A DNA stretch of 64,000 nucleotides, from positions 3,322,724 through 3,386,723 of the forward strand of contig CP096136.1 of NCBI GenBank assembly GCA_023213215.1, read 5' to 3'. Both the position numbers and the translations under genes were made by a program. The notes beneath the pieces were generated by a model. That model saw only the letters and a list, made by a program, of their open reading frames with translations. It ran no database searches and had not been told where the DNA came from. This document shows, piece after piece, positions 47,713 to 58,708 of this stretch. The DNA comes from Flavobacterium sp. JAD_PAG50586_2 (GTDB taxonomy: Bacteria; Bacteroidota; Bacteroidia; Flavobacteriales; Flavobacteriaceae). The first letter of the stretch is position 1. Every line of letters starts with the position of its first letter.

Positions 47713-47965
47713 GTAGAATCAGAAACCGGTTGCTATTAAAAACTCTCGGTAAAGAATGGAATAATTGACAAAAAAGAGGATGTATGAATGCCTTTTTTTT
47801 GCGTTTAATTCCCTAGTTATCAACAAAGATTTTTTTCCTGCGTTAAAACATTTATATAAAAAAGTACTACTTCTATTGCTGTGAAACTTTTAAACCTCAT
47901 ATTTTCTACCTGCCTGGTAGCACTTTAGTACTTGTCCTGTGCAGGTATTGAAGTAGAGAGTGCGG

Positions 47966-48084
47966 CCCGATAGCGGATTCTATGATAATAACGCTCACTA
48001 TAGCACGAATGTTGATTATAATCTTGGAGAGGCGGATTGCAAATCCGTGCTATAATCTACAGATAAGCTGTATCAAAGCCCACC
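47966..48084. repeat. Intergenic repeat (filled form) containing a REP-like hairpin
   Basis: Same two halves as 36564-36605, separated by 77 bp with tatagcacg/cgtgctata arms and a cggattgcaaatccg palindrome. Confidence 0.75.
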
Positions 48085-48113
48085 AAAGCCCAAATGAAGA
48101 TTGAAAGCACGTA

Positions 48114-48215
48114 CGCATCATCTTCCCATCGAATGACAATGCCGAATTTATACCGTTACCGGATGATAGTTCTAAGCCGGCTGGTGGGCCACCGAAACCG
48201 GGACCGATGTCTTGA
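48114..48215 (+). pseudogene. 3' remnant of a pirin gene
   Basis: RIIFPSNDNAEFIPLPDDSSKPAGGPPKPGPMS*; 85/102 nt identical to 41289-41390; an upstream TGG is changed to TGA. Confidence 0.9.
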
Positions 48216-48232
48216 GTACAGAAGAAAGAAAT

Positions 48233-48257
48233 AGAATCCCGCCTGCGTGGGAATGAT
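48233..48257. repeat. REP-like palindrome (ATTCCC-N8-GGGA(A/T)T type)
   Basis: Reverse complement atcattcccacgcaggcgggattct; related to 22523-22547. Confidence 0.65.
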
Positions 48258-48266
48258 AAATAAGAA

Positions 48267-49847
48267 CTACAAATGCCTCATCTTTTCTTCCTCCATATCC
48301 AACTGATGCATTAACCTTCGCACGATGCTTTCGTCTAAATTTCCTTCCTTAATATTCTTTTTATTAAGCCATTTGCGCTGCTGCTTCAGTAGGCTGATGT
48401 AGATGACCTTGCAGTCGGATGTCATTTCGGTGTCTTCGGTCAGCATTTTACTGTCTTCCCATTTGCTGGCTATCCTTTGCAGGATGGGCTGTTCTTCGAG
48501 GGCTTTGCCGTATTGGTTTTTTAATTGTTCCAATGCAAATGCGGCGAGTTCATACCGCAGCTGTTTGTACTGCCTTAGTTCTTCTTCTTCCTGTTCGCCT
48601 GTCATCAGCTTAAACCTACGTAGAAAGTAGGGAAGGGTGAGTCCCTGCACAACCATCGTTAACAGTATTACCATAAAGGTGATGAAAAGGATAAGGTTCC
48701 GCTGCGGAAAAGGATTCCCATTATTTAACGTCACCGGAATCGATAAGGCTGCTGCCAACGATACTACGCCACGCATCCCGGTCCACCCAATGATAAAAGG
48801 GCCTTTGTATCCAGGGTGTTTTGTATCAGCCACCTTAATAAAGTTACGGGCAATCAGTGTTGTAATTACCGCACCATAAGCGGCTAGTATCCTTACGATA
48901 ATCAGCACGGCTGTAATCAACACTCCGTAACCAATGGCGGCATAAAAAGGTACCCCTTCTGTTTTTAATCCTTCTGTAATGGAAGGTAGAGAAAGCCCAA
49001 TGAGTGTAAATACCAAACCATTGAGTAAAAAAACAAGGCTCTGCCATACATTATAACCTCTTACCCGCGAAGCACTCGACAGGAAGGAATGTCGGTTATG
49101 GGATAAATATAGTCCGGCACTAACCACAGCCAATACTCCCGAACAATGAATCTCTTCAGCAGTCAGGTAAATAATATAGGGCATTAACAGGGTGAATACG
49201 ATATCCATATTGGCGTCGGTCGGAAGGTATTGATGGAGCTTCATGAAAATCCAGCCAATCAGTAATCCAATGCCAATACCGCCAATTAACATCCACGAGA
49301 AACTAACTACCGCTTCCGAGAAGATGAACTGGGTTGTACTGACCGCCACCAAAGCAAATCTGAAGATGATAAGCGATGAAGCATCGTTTAGCAGGCTCTC
49401 CCCTTCGAGGATGGAGGATATGGTTCGGGGTACTTTAACAAATTTTAAAATGGCACCAGCACTTACAGCATCAGGAGGCGATACTATCCCACCTAACAGG
49501 AAACCTAGTGCGAGTCCGAATCCGGGAATGAAATATTCGGCTACGAGTGCTACAGACAAGGCTGTTAGGAAAACCACCACAAAGGCAAAACTTAATATAA
49601 TCCTGCGCCAATGCCAGAGTTCTTTCCACGAAATAGACCAGGAGGCTTCATATAATAAAGGAGGCAGAAAAATCAGGAATATGAATTCGGGGTCTATTTT
49701 TATGCTTGGGATTCCGGGCACAAGACCAATCATTAAACCTGATACAATCAATAAGATAGGGTAGGCTACCTTAATCTTATCGGCAACCATCATGATCAGC
49801 ACAATAGCAAAGATTAGGATTAGGTAAAAGGGGAAATTATCGAGCAT
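48267..49847 (-). CDS. Na+/H+ antiporter, CPA1 family (YvgP/NhaK-like)
   Basis: IFLPPLLY, VSPPDAVS, LEGESLLNDA, SGVLAVVSAG, GMRGVVSLAAAL; likely start MLDNFP. Confidence 0.93.
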   Translation of the reverse strand: MLDNFPFYLILIFAIVLIMMVADKIKVAYPILLIVSGLMIGLVPGIPSIKIDPEFIFLIFLPPLLYEASWSISWKELWHWRRIILSFAFVVVFLTALSVALVAEYFIPGFGLALGFLLGGIVSPPDAVSAGAILKFVKVPRTISSILEGESLLNDASSLIIFRFALVAVSTTQFIFSEAVVSFSWMLIGGIGIGLLIGWIFMKLHQYLPTDANMDIVFTLLMPYIIYLTAEEIHCSGVLAVVSAGLYLSHNRHSFLSSASRVRGYNVWQSLVFLLNGLVFTLIGLSLPSITEGLKTEGVPFYAAIGYGVLITAVLIIVRILAAYGAVITTLIARNFIKVADTKHPGYKGPFIIGWTGMRGVVSLAAALSIPVTLNNGNPFPQRNLILFITFMVILLTMVVQGLTLPYFLRRFKLMTGEQEEEELRQYKQLRYELAAFALEQLKNQYGKALEEQPILQRIASKWEDSKMLTEDTEMTSDCKVIYISLLKQQRKWLNKKNIKEGNLDESIVRRLMHQLDMEEEKMRHL

Positions 49848-49912
49848 ATAGGGGTAGAGATTTAAGGAATCAAACAAATATAGGAATTAGTTCCTTTGCC
49901 TAAAGCAATAAA

Positions 49913-49942
49913 AAATCCCCAACGGTTTCCAATTGGGGATTT
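49913..49942. terminator. Intrinsic terminator hairpin
   Basis: aaatccccaa/ttggggattt perfect 10-bp stem. Confidence 0.7.
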
Positions 49943-49961
49943 GAATTATAAAGCTGTTGAT

Positions 49962-50735
49962 TTAACGGATGGCTATCTTTTTAAAAACGTTGCCATTCTC
50001 CGCCTGAAACTTAACAAAATAAATTCCCGCAGTTAGCGTATCCACAGGTAATGAAGTAGTATTTACTTTGCTTTCCAATACTTGTTTTCCGGTTATATCA
50101 TAAATGGTAATGGCTGCGATCACGACATTGGAATCAAAAGTCAGCACGCCTTTGGTAATTGGATTTGGATATATGTTAAGGTTTATAGTTGTATGCTGAA
50201 CCGATGCCAAATCATTTGTCGCATCCTTAAAGTTTATAATGCCATCGCTGTCATCGTCATCATCCATAAGGTTCAGATTGTTGTTGGCGTCTTCATCCAT
50301 ATTTGAAATTCCGTCATTATCATCGTCGCCATCGTGTGGAACTGTAATTAAATAAAAAGCAGTACCGAGGTAAATAGAAACCGGGTAATAACAAGGAGGC
50401 TGTTCTTCGAACTCAGGTCCTGAACCATTAAATACATAACCAATAGAGCATACCTGATTTTGAACAGTATTGGAAAAAAGTAAAGGCTGAATAACAGAAT
50501 TGGAATCAATAATGGCAGTGTATCCGGAAGAACTCACACCAAAAAAAGATTCCAGTTTTGGTCTGTCTATATGTTCAATATAATATCCTATGTCAAAAAT
50601 TGCAAATCCGTCATTATTGGTATCAAGGCCATATGCAGGAGTAGAGTAACCTGGAGGAGGAAGTGTTGGGCCACATTGCGCATTCACATTTGCGAGACAA
50701 CATAATGAAAAGAATAAAAGTAGTTTTGTTTTCAT
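49962..50735 (-). CDS. T9SS cargo with Asp-rich calcium-binding (TSP3-like) motifs
   Basis: Signal peptide; DGDDDNDGISNMDEDANNN...DDDDSDGI; IYPNP...LTAGIYFVK. Confidence 0.8.
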   Translation of the reverse strand: MKTKLLLFFSLCCLANVNAQCGPTLPPPGYSTPAYGLDTNNDGFAIFDIGYYIEHIDRPKLESFFGVSSSGYTAIIDSNSVIQPLLFSNTVQNQVCSIGYVFNGSGPEFEEQPPCYYPVSIYLGTAFYLITVPHDGDDDNDGISNMDEDANNNLNLMDDDDDSDGIINFKDATNDLASVQHTTINLNIYPNPITKGVLTFDSNVVIAAITIYDITGKQVLESKVNTTSLPVDTLTAGIYFVKFQAENGNVFKKIAIR

Positions 50736-50745
50736 ATTTTATAAT

Positions 50746-51135
50746 TTAAGATTTAACCGCAATCATTGAAATCTCAATGTTCACACCTTTCGGTAAACCA
50801 GCCACTTGAACTGTTTCGCGCGCTGGTGCAGTAGCTTCATCAAAGTAAGTTGAATACACCGAATTGATTCGGGTAAAGTCGCCCATGTCCATAATAAAGA
50901 TAGTTGTTTTTACTACATTATCAAACGTCATCCCCGCAGCATCAAGAACGGCTTTCATATTTTCCATTACCTGTTTGGTTTCGGTTTCTATGTCCTCAAT
51001 AACCAATTCCATCGTAGTAGGATCTAAAGCCACCTGACCCGAAGTATAAAGTGTATTTCCAATCAGTATGGCCTGACTGTAAGGTCCTATTGGTGCCGGA
51101 GCTTTGTCTGTAAAGATTATTTTCTTATCACTCAT
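50746..51135 (-). CDS. ridA: RidA/YjgF family enamine/imine deaminase
   Basis: APAPIGPYSQA, SGQV, NVVKTTIF, PARETVQVAGLP..VNIEI. Confidence 0.92.
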   Translation of the reverse strand: MSDKKIIFTDKAPAPIGPYSQAILIGNTLYTSGQVALDPTTMELVIEDIETETKQVMENMKAVLDAAGMTFDNVVKTTIFIMDMGDFTRINSVYSTYFDEATAPARETVQVAGLPKGVNIEISMIAVKS

Positions 51136-51157
51136 AACTTAAATTCATAATTCATAA

Positions 51158-53869
51158 TTACCTAATCGTTCTATCCGGCTGGTTTCGTTTGTCCCATTTA
51201 ATATCGCTTAAGACGCCCGCTTTTATCCCGATGAAGAATCCCCAGTAGGCATTGTCTCCAAAAGGTACCCAGTTGAAATCCATCCGCCAGCTCAGCAAAT
51301 CCCTTTCGAACCTGAATTGGGTGTAAGTAACGCCCCGGTTGACAAAATCATATCCCGTTGAGACACCTACTTTCCACTTGGGTGTTAGGTCGGTATTCAT
51401 CGAAACCATAAGAGAGTTTCCTGTTATCTTTTGTTCCCGATTGGAATTGGAATAGGTCAACGAATAGGCAAGCGTCATATCCCAGGGAGATTGTACTTGA
51501 AGAAATCGGAAATAACACTTTCTTCATCACCTTCCTTGAACTGGCTCTGCCGTCGATCACTCAAATCGGTGTTGGTTCCGAATAAATCATCTTCACGGCC
51601 ACCATTTCTTTCACCCTGTTCGTTTTTCTTTTCTGATTCTTCCGTGTCTTTGCTAGAGAAAGAATAGTTCAGCGTCATATTCGCACTGGTCATTCTAAAC
51701 AAACTTCCACCATTGTCAATATTCCACACATTGATCCGCTGTCCGGCATTGTTGATGGCATACGGGTCAAATGTAGCTCCAAAATTCACATTCATTTTCT
51801 GATTCAATAATTGGGTTCCGCCACTGATACGCATTGGAGACCATTTTAGTGAATCGGCAGTAATATCATAGGAAGTAGAGAAATTCAGGTTGTTCAGTAA
51901 CATGATTTTCTTCGGTTCGGTTTGAGTCGAATCTTTATCGGTTACTTTGGCTTCAAAGGTATTGCTCAAATTGAAACCTAAATTGTTGGACATTGTTTTA
52001 CCCGGAGCACCAAATATACCGGTATCAAATCGGGTGTATTCTACCATTCTGCCGCTTCCGTTGGAATCATAAGTATCGTAATATTTTGAAAAGCTTGGCG
52101 TATAACTATAACTAACATTCGGACGCACCACATGTCGGATAGCCTGAATTTTTTCTTTTCACCAAAATTAAAGGTTCCGTAAACCGTTGTTCCTAATCCG
52201 GCAGAAAAAGAATACGTCCTAAAGGCATCAAAGCCCTGAACATCGGTATCCACTACAGCGTTTGTATTGTTGTCAAATTGCCTTCTGATGGTTTTAAGGT
52301 ACCAAACTTCATTGTAATTCACGGAAGTCGTTGCGCTGAAATACTTGAAAACCTTAAAGTTGGTACTTAACGGAATGCTGTGCTGGAAGCCGACTTTGGC
52401 ATCACGGAACATCTCTGGCTTGAAAAAAGAGAATCTGTAGTCTCTATCCTGTTTTCACCGCGCACATTGTACTGTAAATTAATATTCTTGAAAAAGCCTT
52501 TCTTGATGCCGTCTTTTGGCGCAAAAGGAAATATCCTGTCCACACTAACCTGTAGCGTTGGCAAAGTCATATTAATTACTTCCGTATTGGTGTTTTGCGA
52601 ATGTGTTGCTGCCAAAGACATATTAACCTGTGGCACCGAATTGAATGTCTTGGAATAGGAAATAGAGGAACTCAGCGTATTAATCAAAGGACCACCTACG
52701 TTTACCTGATTGATAGACTGTCGGTAATATTTACTGGTTCCAAGATTTACCGAAGCAGAAAATCGCGAGTTCGGATTGGATTTAGCATCTTTAGAATGCG
52801 ACCACTGAATATTATAGATATTTGTTCTGGAATAATCCGGATAGCCTCTTTCACTGGTTATCAGGTTTTCGAAACGCACATTTACGTTCCCCAAAAATTG
52901 GTATTTCTTGGCATAAGTAGACTCAAACCGAAGTGCGTAACTCCCATTAGTATAATAATCTCCCAGAACTGCTAAGTCATAACTATCGCTTAAGGCAAAA
53001 TAATAACCTCCATTTTGAAGCGAAAATCCTCGTGTATTACTATCATTGTAGGATGGAATAATCAACCCCGAACGGCTTTTCTCACTCATTGGAAAGAAGG
53101 CAAACGGAAGCGCTAAAGGGGTTGGGACATCGGCAATAACCATGTGGGTAACGCCAACAACCACCTTTTTTCCGGGAACAAATTTTACCTTATTGGTATA
53201 AAAATAATATTCAGGATCATCAATGTCTTTCGAAGTGGTAAAACGCGCGCCTTTCATAAAGTAAACTGAATCGTTTTCTCTTTTGGTCCTTTCGGCCTTT
53301 ACCCTAAATTCGCCTTGTTCTGTTCTCGAATTCAGGACGAGTGCCTTTTTGGTCTTATAATTAAATCGGATTGAATCCGGTTCCACAACATTGTTTCCTT
53401 GTTTGAATACAGGTCTTTGGGTCCACGTTCCGGTCGAATCCTTTATTCTTCCGGCATAGATTTCATTTTTCTGGTAATCAATAACGATAATCCCCGATTT
53501 CAGTTCAATGTCCTGATAATAAACTTCGGCCTGGTTGTAAAGTGTAATTAATTTTTTCTTCTGGTCAAATTTTTCGTAGTCAACCGCTTTTCTTTTAATC
53601 TTACTCTCTAATAAAGGTTTTTTTAAACTGTCGGATATTTTAACCTTAGTAAGTTCGGGTTCTGCTATTGTTGTTTCCTGAGGTGTAGTTTCCTGATTCT
53701 TAGCAGGGAAGGAAGCGCTTTTGTTTTTGTTGTCTTGGGAATATGTTTTTGTGTTTCCCAGTGTTAGGAAGATTGTTAAAAAAACGATATAAAATAAGTT
53801 TCTTTGCAAAGGTTTAATACTATTTTTGTAGAAATATGGCTTGATTTTTGACGATGCAAACTTACACAA
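51158..53869 (-). CDS. lptD: LPS assembly protein LptD (Bacteroidota type), three 1-nt frameshifts (~52420, ~52155, ~51483); start approximate
   Basis: LYNQAEV.YQDIELKSG, PTPLALPFAFFP, RGFSLQNGGYY, RDLLSWRM.FNWVP...FFIGIKA; the four ORFs join by single-base homopolymer corrections. Confidence 0.88.
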
Positions 53870-53942
53870 TATTTTCGGTCAAAAATAAGGAAATATTGGT
53901 ATTATAACCTTTCGGTTTTAATTAAAATTAACTTTTGAGTCA

Positions 53943-55076
53943 ATGAGAATTATAAAAAATATAAAAACCTGTTTTTCAATACTATTCCTTTTTAGTATTC
54001 TGAATATTTTCGGGCAGACAGGTTCCGGTAAATTCAGGATTGTTTTGGATGCCGGTCACGGAGGAAAAGATCCAGGAAACTCTTACCATGGTTTTGTGGA
54101 AAAGGAGATTGCTCTAAAAACCACTTTAAAAGTCGGTAAATTCCTGGAGCAGGAAAAAGATTTCGATGTTAGGTACACACGAAAAACAGACGAATTCATC
54201 GAATTGGTTGACCGTCCAAAAGTGGCCAACAGTATCAATGCCGAATTATTTGTTTCGATACACTGTAATTCAGTTACTAACCAAGCGCCATCGGGAACGG
54301 AAACTTTTGTAATGGGACTTTCGAGAACCAATATGAATATGGAAGTGGCCAAAAAGGAAAACTCGGTAATCCTGTTGGAAGACAATTATAAACAGACCTA
54401 TAAAGGATTTGACCCGCACAAGCCTGAAAATTTGATTGGGCTAAAAATCATCCAGGAAGATAATTTGTACAGCAGTATTAATTTAGCAACAACCATTCAG
54501 GACAACTTCACACACAATTTAAACAGAAAGACAAGAGGCGTAAAGCAACAGCCTTTATGGGTTTTAGATGCTGCAAAAATGCCTGGAGTTTTAATAGAGT
54601 TGGGTTTCTTATCCAATAAGGAAGAGGGCGAATACCTGGATTCAGATGAAGGTCAAACCGAAATGGCGCGCCAGATTGCCAATGCGATCATTCATTACAA
54701 AAAGGAGTATTTTAACGAACCTTATAATGCAGACGAAGTTAAGCCTGTTGTAAAAACATACAAACCAGAGCCGAGAGAGATTGTGGATAGCGTTGTCACA
54801 AAACCTGCAGAAACTGTTGATCCTGTGATTCCTGGACAAGGATTGTATAAAGTACAATTGTTTGCGAGTTCTAAAAAGAAAGATTTGTATTCCAATGATT
54901 TCAAAGGATTAAGGGATATTTCATTTACATTCGAAAATAACCTTTACCGTTACTATTACGGAAAATCATATGATTTAGAGTATGCCCGAAAAATGTGTAA
55001 TGAAGCTAAAGGTAAAGGGTTTCCAAGTGCCTTTATTGTAGTATTCGCCGATGGAAAAGCGTCAGCTTTAAAATAA
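53943..55076 (+). CDS. N-acetylmuramoyl-L-alanine amidase (Amidase_3) with SPOR-like C-domain, copy 1
   Basis: VLDAGHGGKD, FVSIHCNS, VLIELGF; YKVQL...YRYYYG...KGFPSAFIV. Confidence 0.93.
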   Translation: MRIIKNIKTCFSILFLFSILNIFGQTGSGKFRIVLDAGHGGKDPGNSYHGFVEKEIALKTTLKVGKFLEQEKDFDVRYTRKTDEFIELVDRPKVANSINAELFVSIHCNSVTNQAPSGTETFVMGLSRTNMNMEVAKKENSVILLEDNYKQTYKGFDPHKPENLIGLKIIQEDNLYSSINLATTIQDNFTHNLNRKTRGVKQQPLWVLDAAKMPGVLIELGFLSNKEEGEYLDSDEGQTEMARQIANAIIHYKKEYFNEPYNADEVKPVVKTYKPEPREIVDSVVTKPAETVDPVIPGQGLYKVQLFASSKKKDLYSNDFKGLRDISFTFENNLYRYYYGKSYDLEYARKMCNEAKGKGFPSAFIVVFADGKASALK

Positions 55077-55093
55077 TTTAGTAAAAGTATATT

Positions 55094-56257
55094 TTGAGAG
55101 TAATAAAAAAAATAAGAGTAATTATGATGGTAACTGCCATCTTTTTATTTGTTTCCCATACAGCCAATAGCCAGAAATTTAAGGTAACACTCGACGCAGG
55201 TCATGGAGGCCATGATTACGGTGCGGTTTACCATGGGCATATAGAAAAGAACATTGCCTTAGCAGTAGTCTTAAAGGTAGGCCGTATTTTAGAAAAAAAT
55301 TCAGGAATTGATGTTGTTTATACCCGTAAAACCGACGTCTTTATCGATTTGATTGAACGCGCCAACATTGCCAATCGTGCAGATGCCAATATTTTTGTTT
55401 CGATACACTGTAACGCCAATAAGAACACAGCAGCAGATGGTAGCGAAACCTATGTAATGGGGCTTTCTAAAAATGCATCCAATCTTGAAGCAGCAAAGCG
55501 TGAGAACGAGGTAATCACATTAGAGAAGGATTATAAACAAAAGTATGAAGGTTACGACCCAAAATCACCTGAATCGATTACAGGTATTATTCTTATGGGC
55601 GAGGAATACCTGAACAACAGTATTACACTTGCCGGTAAAGTGCAGGAGCAATTTTTGAACGTTGGCAGAAAAAGCCGTGGTGTGAAACAAGCTCCTTATA
55701 TGGTTTTGCATAAAGCCTACATGCCAAGGGTTTTAATCGAAATGGGATTCATTTCAAATCCAACAGAAGGAGCAAGATTAGATTCGGAAGAGGGACAGCA
55801 GCAGATTGCGGAATCTATCGCGAATGCTATTATAGCTTACAAAAAGGAAAATTTTGGATCAGGCAGTGACGATGATGATAAACCATCCCAAAAAATAGAA
55901 ACCATTAAAATTGACACTACTAAAAAACCAACCGTTAAAACTCCTGAAGTTAAAAAACCGGAAACAAAACCCGTTGTAAAACCAGAGCCGGTTAGTTCAG
56001 GCGTAGCGACTTTCAAGGTGCAGCTTTCTGCCAGTGGAACAAAGTTAGATCCGGTTCCAAGCAATTTTAAGGGATTGAATAATATTTCCGTAGCTAATGA
56101 AGGAACGCTGTATAAATATATGTATGGAGAAACCACAAGTTACGACGATGCGAAAAGATTACTGTCAGAAGCCAAGAGCAAAGGATACACATCTGCCTTT
56201 GTAATTGCGTTTAAAAATGGTAAGAAAGTTTCTGTACAGGAAGCATTAAGACAATAA
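55094..56257 (+). CDS. N-acetylmuramoyl-L-alanine amidase (Amidase_3) with SPOR-like C-domain, copy 2
   Basis: TLDAGHGG, FVSIHCNA, VLIEMGF; FKVQL...YKYMYG...KGYTSAFV. Confidence 0.93.
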   Translation: MRVIKKIRVIMMVTAIFLFVSHTANSQKFKVTLDAGHGGHDYGAVYHGHIEKNIALAVVLKVGRILEKNSGIDVVYTRKTDVFIDLIERANIANRADANIFVSIHCNANKNTAADGSETYVMGLSKNASNLEAAKRENEVITLEKDYKQKYEGYDPKSPESITGIILMGEEYLNNSITLAGKVQEQFLNVGRKSRGVKQAPYMVLHKAYMPRVLIEMGFISNPTEGARLDSEEGQQQIAESIANAIIAYKKENFGSGSDDDDKPSQKIETIKIDTTKKPTVKTPEVKKPETKPVVKPEPVSSGVATFKVQLSASGTKLDPVPSNFKGLNNISVANEGTLYKYMYGETTSYDDAKRLLSEAKSKGYTSAFVIAFKNGKKVSVQEALRQ

Positions 56258-56283
56258 TAACAAGGAGTTCTTAGAATTTATTT

Positions 56284-56291
56284 TAACTTTG
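56284..56291 (+). promoter_or_regulatory. Bacteroidota -7 promoter element for mlaD
   Basis: TAACTTTG upstream of TTG 56340. Confidence 0.55.
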
Positions 56292-56339
56292 CCACTCGAG
56301 ACCGAAGGTCGAACAGTATGTAATAAAAAAGACTTACCA

Positions 56340-57319
56340 TTGAAAATCACAAGAGAAATCAAGACCGCCATATTAGTTATAGCTTCAATTTTATTATTTA
56401 TCTGGGGCTACAGTTTCCTAAAAGGAAGGGATTTACTTTCCAACTATAAAACATTCTACGTCCAATACGACAATGTAGAAGGCTTGGTGAATTCGGCACC
56501 GGTTACTATTAACGGTTTAAACGTTGGTAAGGTAATGGGTGTAAAATTCCTTGATAACACGGGTAAGATACAAGTGGAATTACAGATTAAATCTGATTTT
56601 CCTTTTTCAAAATCAAGCATTGCTTCTATTTACGAACCAGGTTTGATTGGTGGTAAGCAAATTATGATTACTCCTAATTTTGAGGATAAAACCCCAGCCG
56701 AATCAGGAATGACCTTACAGGGAAATATCAAGCCAGGCTTAACGTCATTAGTGGGTGAAAAACTAACGCCGCTTCAGGAGAAAGTAGAGAAAATGGTAGT
56801 TTCTGCTGATGATTTATTGAAAAACGTTAATTCTATTTTGGATGCCAAAACCAAAGCAAACCTAAAAAGCACCATCGCTAATCTTGATGCTACCTTAGCC
56901 GAATTCAAGGTGGCTTCCAAAAACGTAAACGAAATGCTGAATGAGAATAAAGGAAAATTCAGTTCGACCATGACGAATGTAAATAAGGCTTCTGCCAATT
57001 TTGCTAAGATATCGGATTCAATATCCAAAGCAAATATTGGTAAAACCGTTAAAAGTTTAGAAAAACCTTAGCGAATGTTGATAAGATAATGGCTGATGTC
57101 CAATCCGGAAAAGGAACTTTGGGTAAACTTGCCAAAGACGAAACGATGTACACTAATTTGGCTAAATCATCTAAAGAATTGGAATTATTGCTGCAGGATT
57201 TCCGACTCAATCCAACACGTTACGTAAATGTTTCACTTTTCGGGAAAAAGAATAAGCCCTATAAAGCACCTACACCTGAACAAATAGCAATAGATACAAT
57301 CGCAAAAAAGAAACCCTAA
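56340..57319 (+). CDS. mlaD: MlaD/MCE family protein, frameshift in the A-run at ~57060
   Basis: (M)KITREIKTAIL, VEGL...PVTINGLNVGKV, GLIGGK; GTLGKL.KDE..Y.NL...LLQDFRLNP.RYV. Confidence 0.88.
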
Positions 57320-57325
57320 GTTATG

Positions 57326-58627
57326 ATGTATATTGACAACATACTTTTTGCCATCATCCTTATTGTGGGCATCGGTTTTTTTACAAAAAATGTAATTAAA
57401 CTAAAACGCAATATCAATCTTGGCCACGACGTAAACCGAAACGATAATCCTTCAGCGCGTTGGGCGAATATGGCCATGATTGCTTTAGGGCAATCCAAAA
57501 TGGTAAAAAAACCTATAGCGGGATTTCTCCATATTATAGTGTATGCTGGTTTTATCATTATCAATTTAGAGGTTTTGGAAATCATCATTGACGGACTTTT
57601 CGGAACACACAGGGTTTTTTCTGTCCTTGGCGGATTTTACACTTTCCTTATCGGTTCATTTGAAATTCTTGCCGTATTGGTTTTAGTAGCCGTAATTATC
57701 TTCTGGATCAGAAGGAATGTCATCCGATTAAAACGTTTTGCAAGTTCCGATCTAAAAGGCGCACCAAAGAAAGATGCTGATACTATCCTGTATTTCGAAA
57801 TCGTATTGATGTCCTTATTTTTGATCATGAATGGATTTGACCTTCAGTTTCAGTCGATGAATTCAGGCAATATCATTTCCCGATTTTTAACACCTTCATC
57901 GGAAATCTTTTCACTGGTTCAGGTCGAAATGATAGAAAGAATAGCCTGGTGGATTCACATCATCGGAATTTTAGTGTTCCTGAATTACTTGTATTACTCA
58001 AAGCATTTGCATATTCTGCTGGCTTTCCCAAATACTTATTTTGCCGATCTAAATCCGAAAGGACAATTCGATAATCTCGAAAGCGTTACCAAGGAAGTAA
58101 AACTTATGATGGATCCGAATGCCGATCCATTCGCAGCACAGCCTGTGGATGAAAATGCAGTGCCACATAAATTTGGAGCTTCTGATGTTCAGGATTTGAA
58201 TTGGGTACAGTTACTGAATGCCTACACGTGTACAGAATGCGGTCGTTGTACTTCAGCCTGTCCGGCAAATATAACGGGTAAAAAACTGTCGCCACGTAAA
58301 ATCATGATGGATACTCGGGATCGATTGGAAGAAGTAGGAAAAAATATAGATGCCAATAAAGGTGTTTTTGTTCCTGATAATAAATCGTTGCTGAATGATT
58401 ACATAACACCGGAAGAACTTTGGGCTTGTACATCGTGCAACGCGTGTGTCGAAGAATGTCCGGTAAACATCAGTCCGTTGTCCATTATCATGGATATGAG
58501 AAGGTACTTGGTTATGGAACAAAGTGCAGCACCACAATCATTGAACGCCATGATGACCAATATTGAGAACAACGGCGCACCATGGCAGTATAACCAACAG
58601 GATCGATTGAACTGGAAAAACGAATAG
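57326..58627 (+). CDS. Membrane Fe-S oxidoreductase subunit (FadF-like N-half: TM domain + two 4Fe-4S motifs)
   Basis: TM helices, SKHLH; CTECGRCTSACP and CTSCNACVEECP. Confidence 0.9.
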   Translation: MYIDNILFAIILIVGIGFFTKNVIKLKRNINLGHDVNRNDNPSARWANMAMIALGQSKMVKKPIAGFLHIIVYAGFIIINLEVLEIIIDGLFGTHRVFSVLGGFYTFLIGSFEILAVLVLVAVIIFWIRRNVIRLKRFASSDLKGAPKKDADTILYFEIVLMSLFLIMNGFDLQFQSMNSGNIISRFLTPSSEIFSLVQVEMIERIAWWIHIIGILVFLNYLYYSKHLHILLAFPNTYFADLNPKGQFDNLESVTKEVKLMMDPNADPFAAQPVDENAVPHKFGASDVQDLNWVQLLNAYTCTECGRCTSACPANITGKKLSPRKIMMDTRDRLEEVGKNIDANKGVFVPDNKSLLNDYITPEELWACTSCNACVEECPVNISPLSIIMDMRRYLVMEQSAAPQSLNAMMTNIENNGAPWQYNQQDRLNWKNE

Positions 58628-58708
58628 TGAATTAAAATAACACAAATTACCATAAATGTGAGCCTTGGGAATTTGTCTAATGAATGTGAAATAATTAAAA
58701 TTAAAAAG

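Noticed and set aside
48030-48050. tRNA fragment suggested by ggattgcaaatcc
   Set aside because: It resembles an anticodon arm, but no acceptor stem, D or T arm or CCA can be built; it fits a REP-like palindrome better.
41289-48215. Diversity-generating retroelement TR/VR interpretation of the pirin (and Cys-rich gene) 3' duplications
   Set aside because: Mismatches are mainly synonymous third-position changes involving all bases, not confined to adenines, and no RT gene is present.
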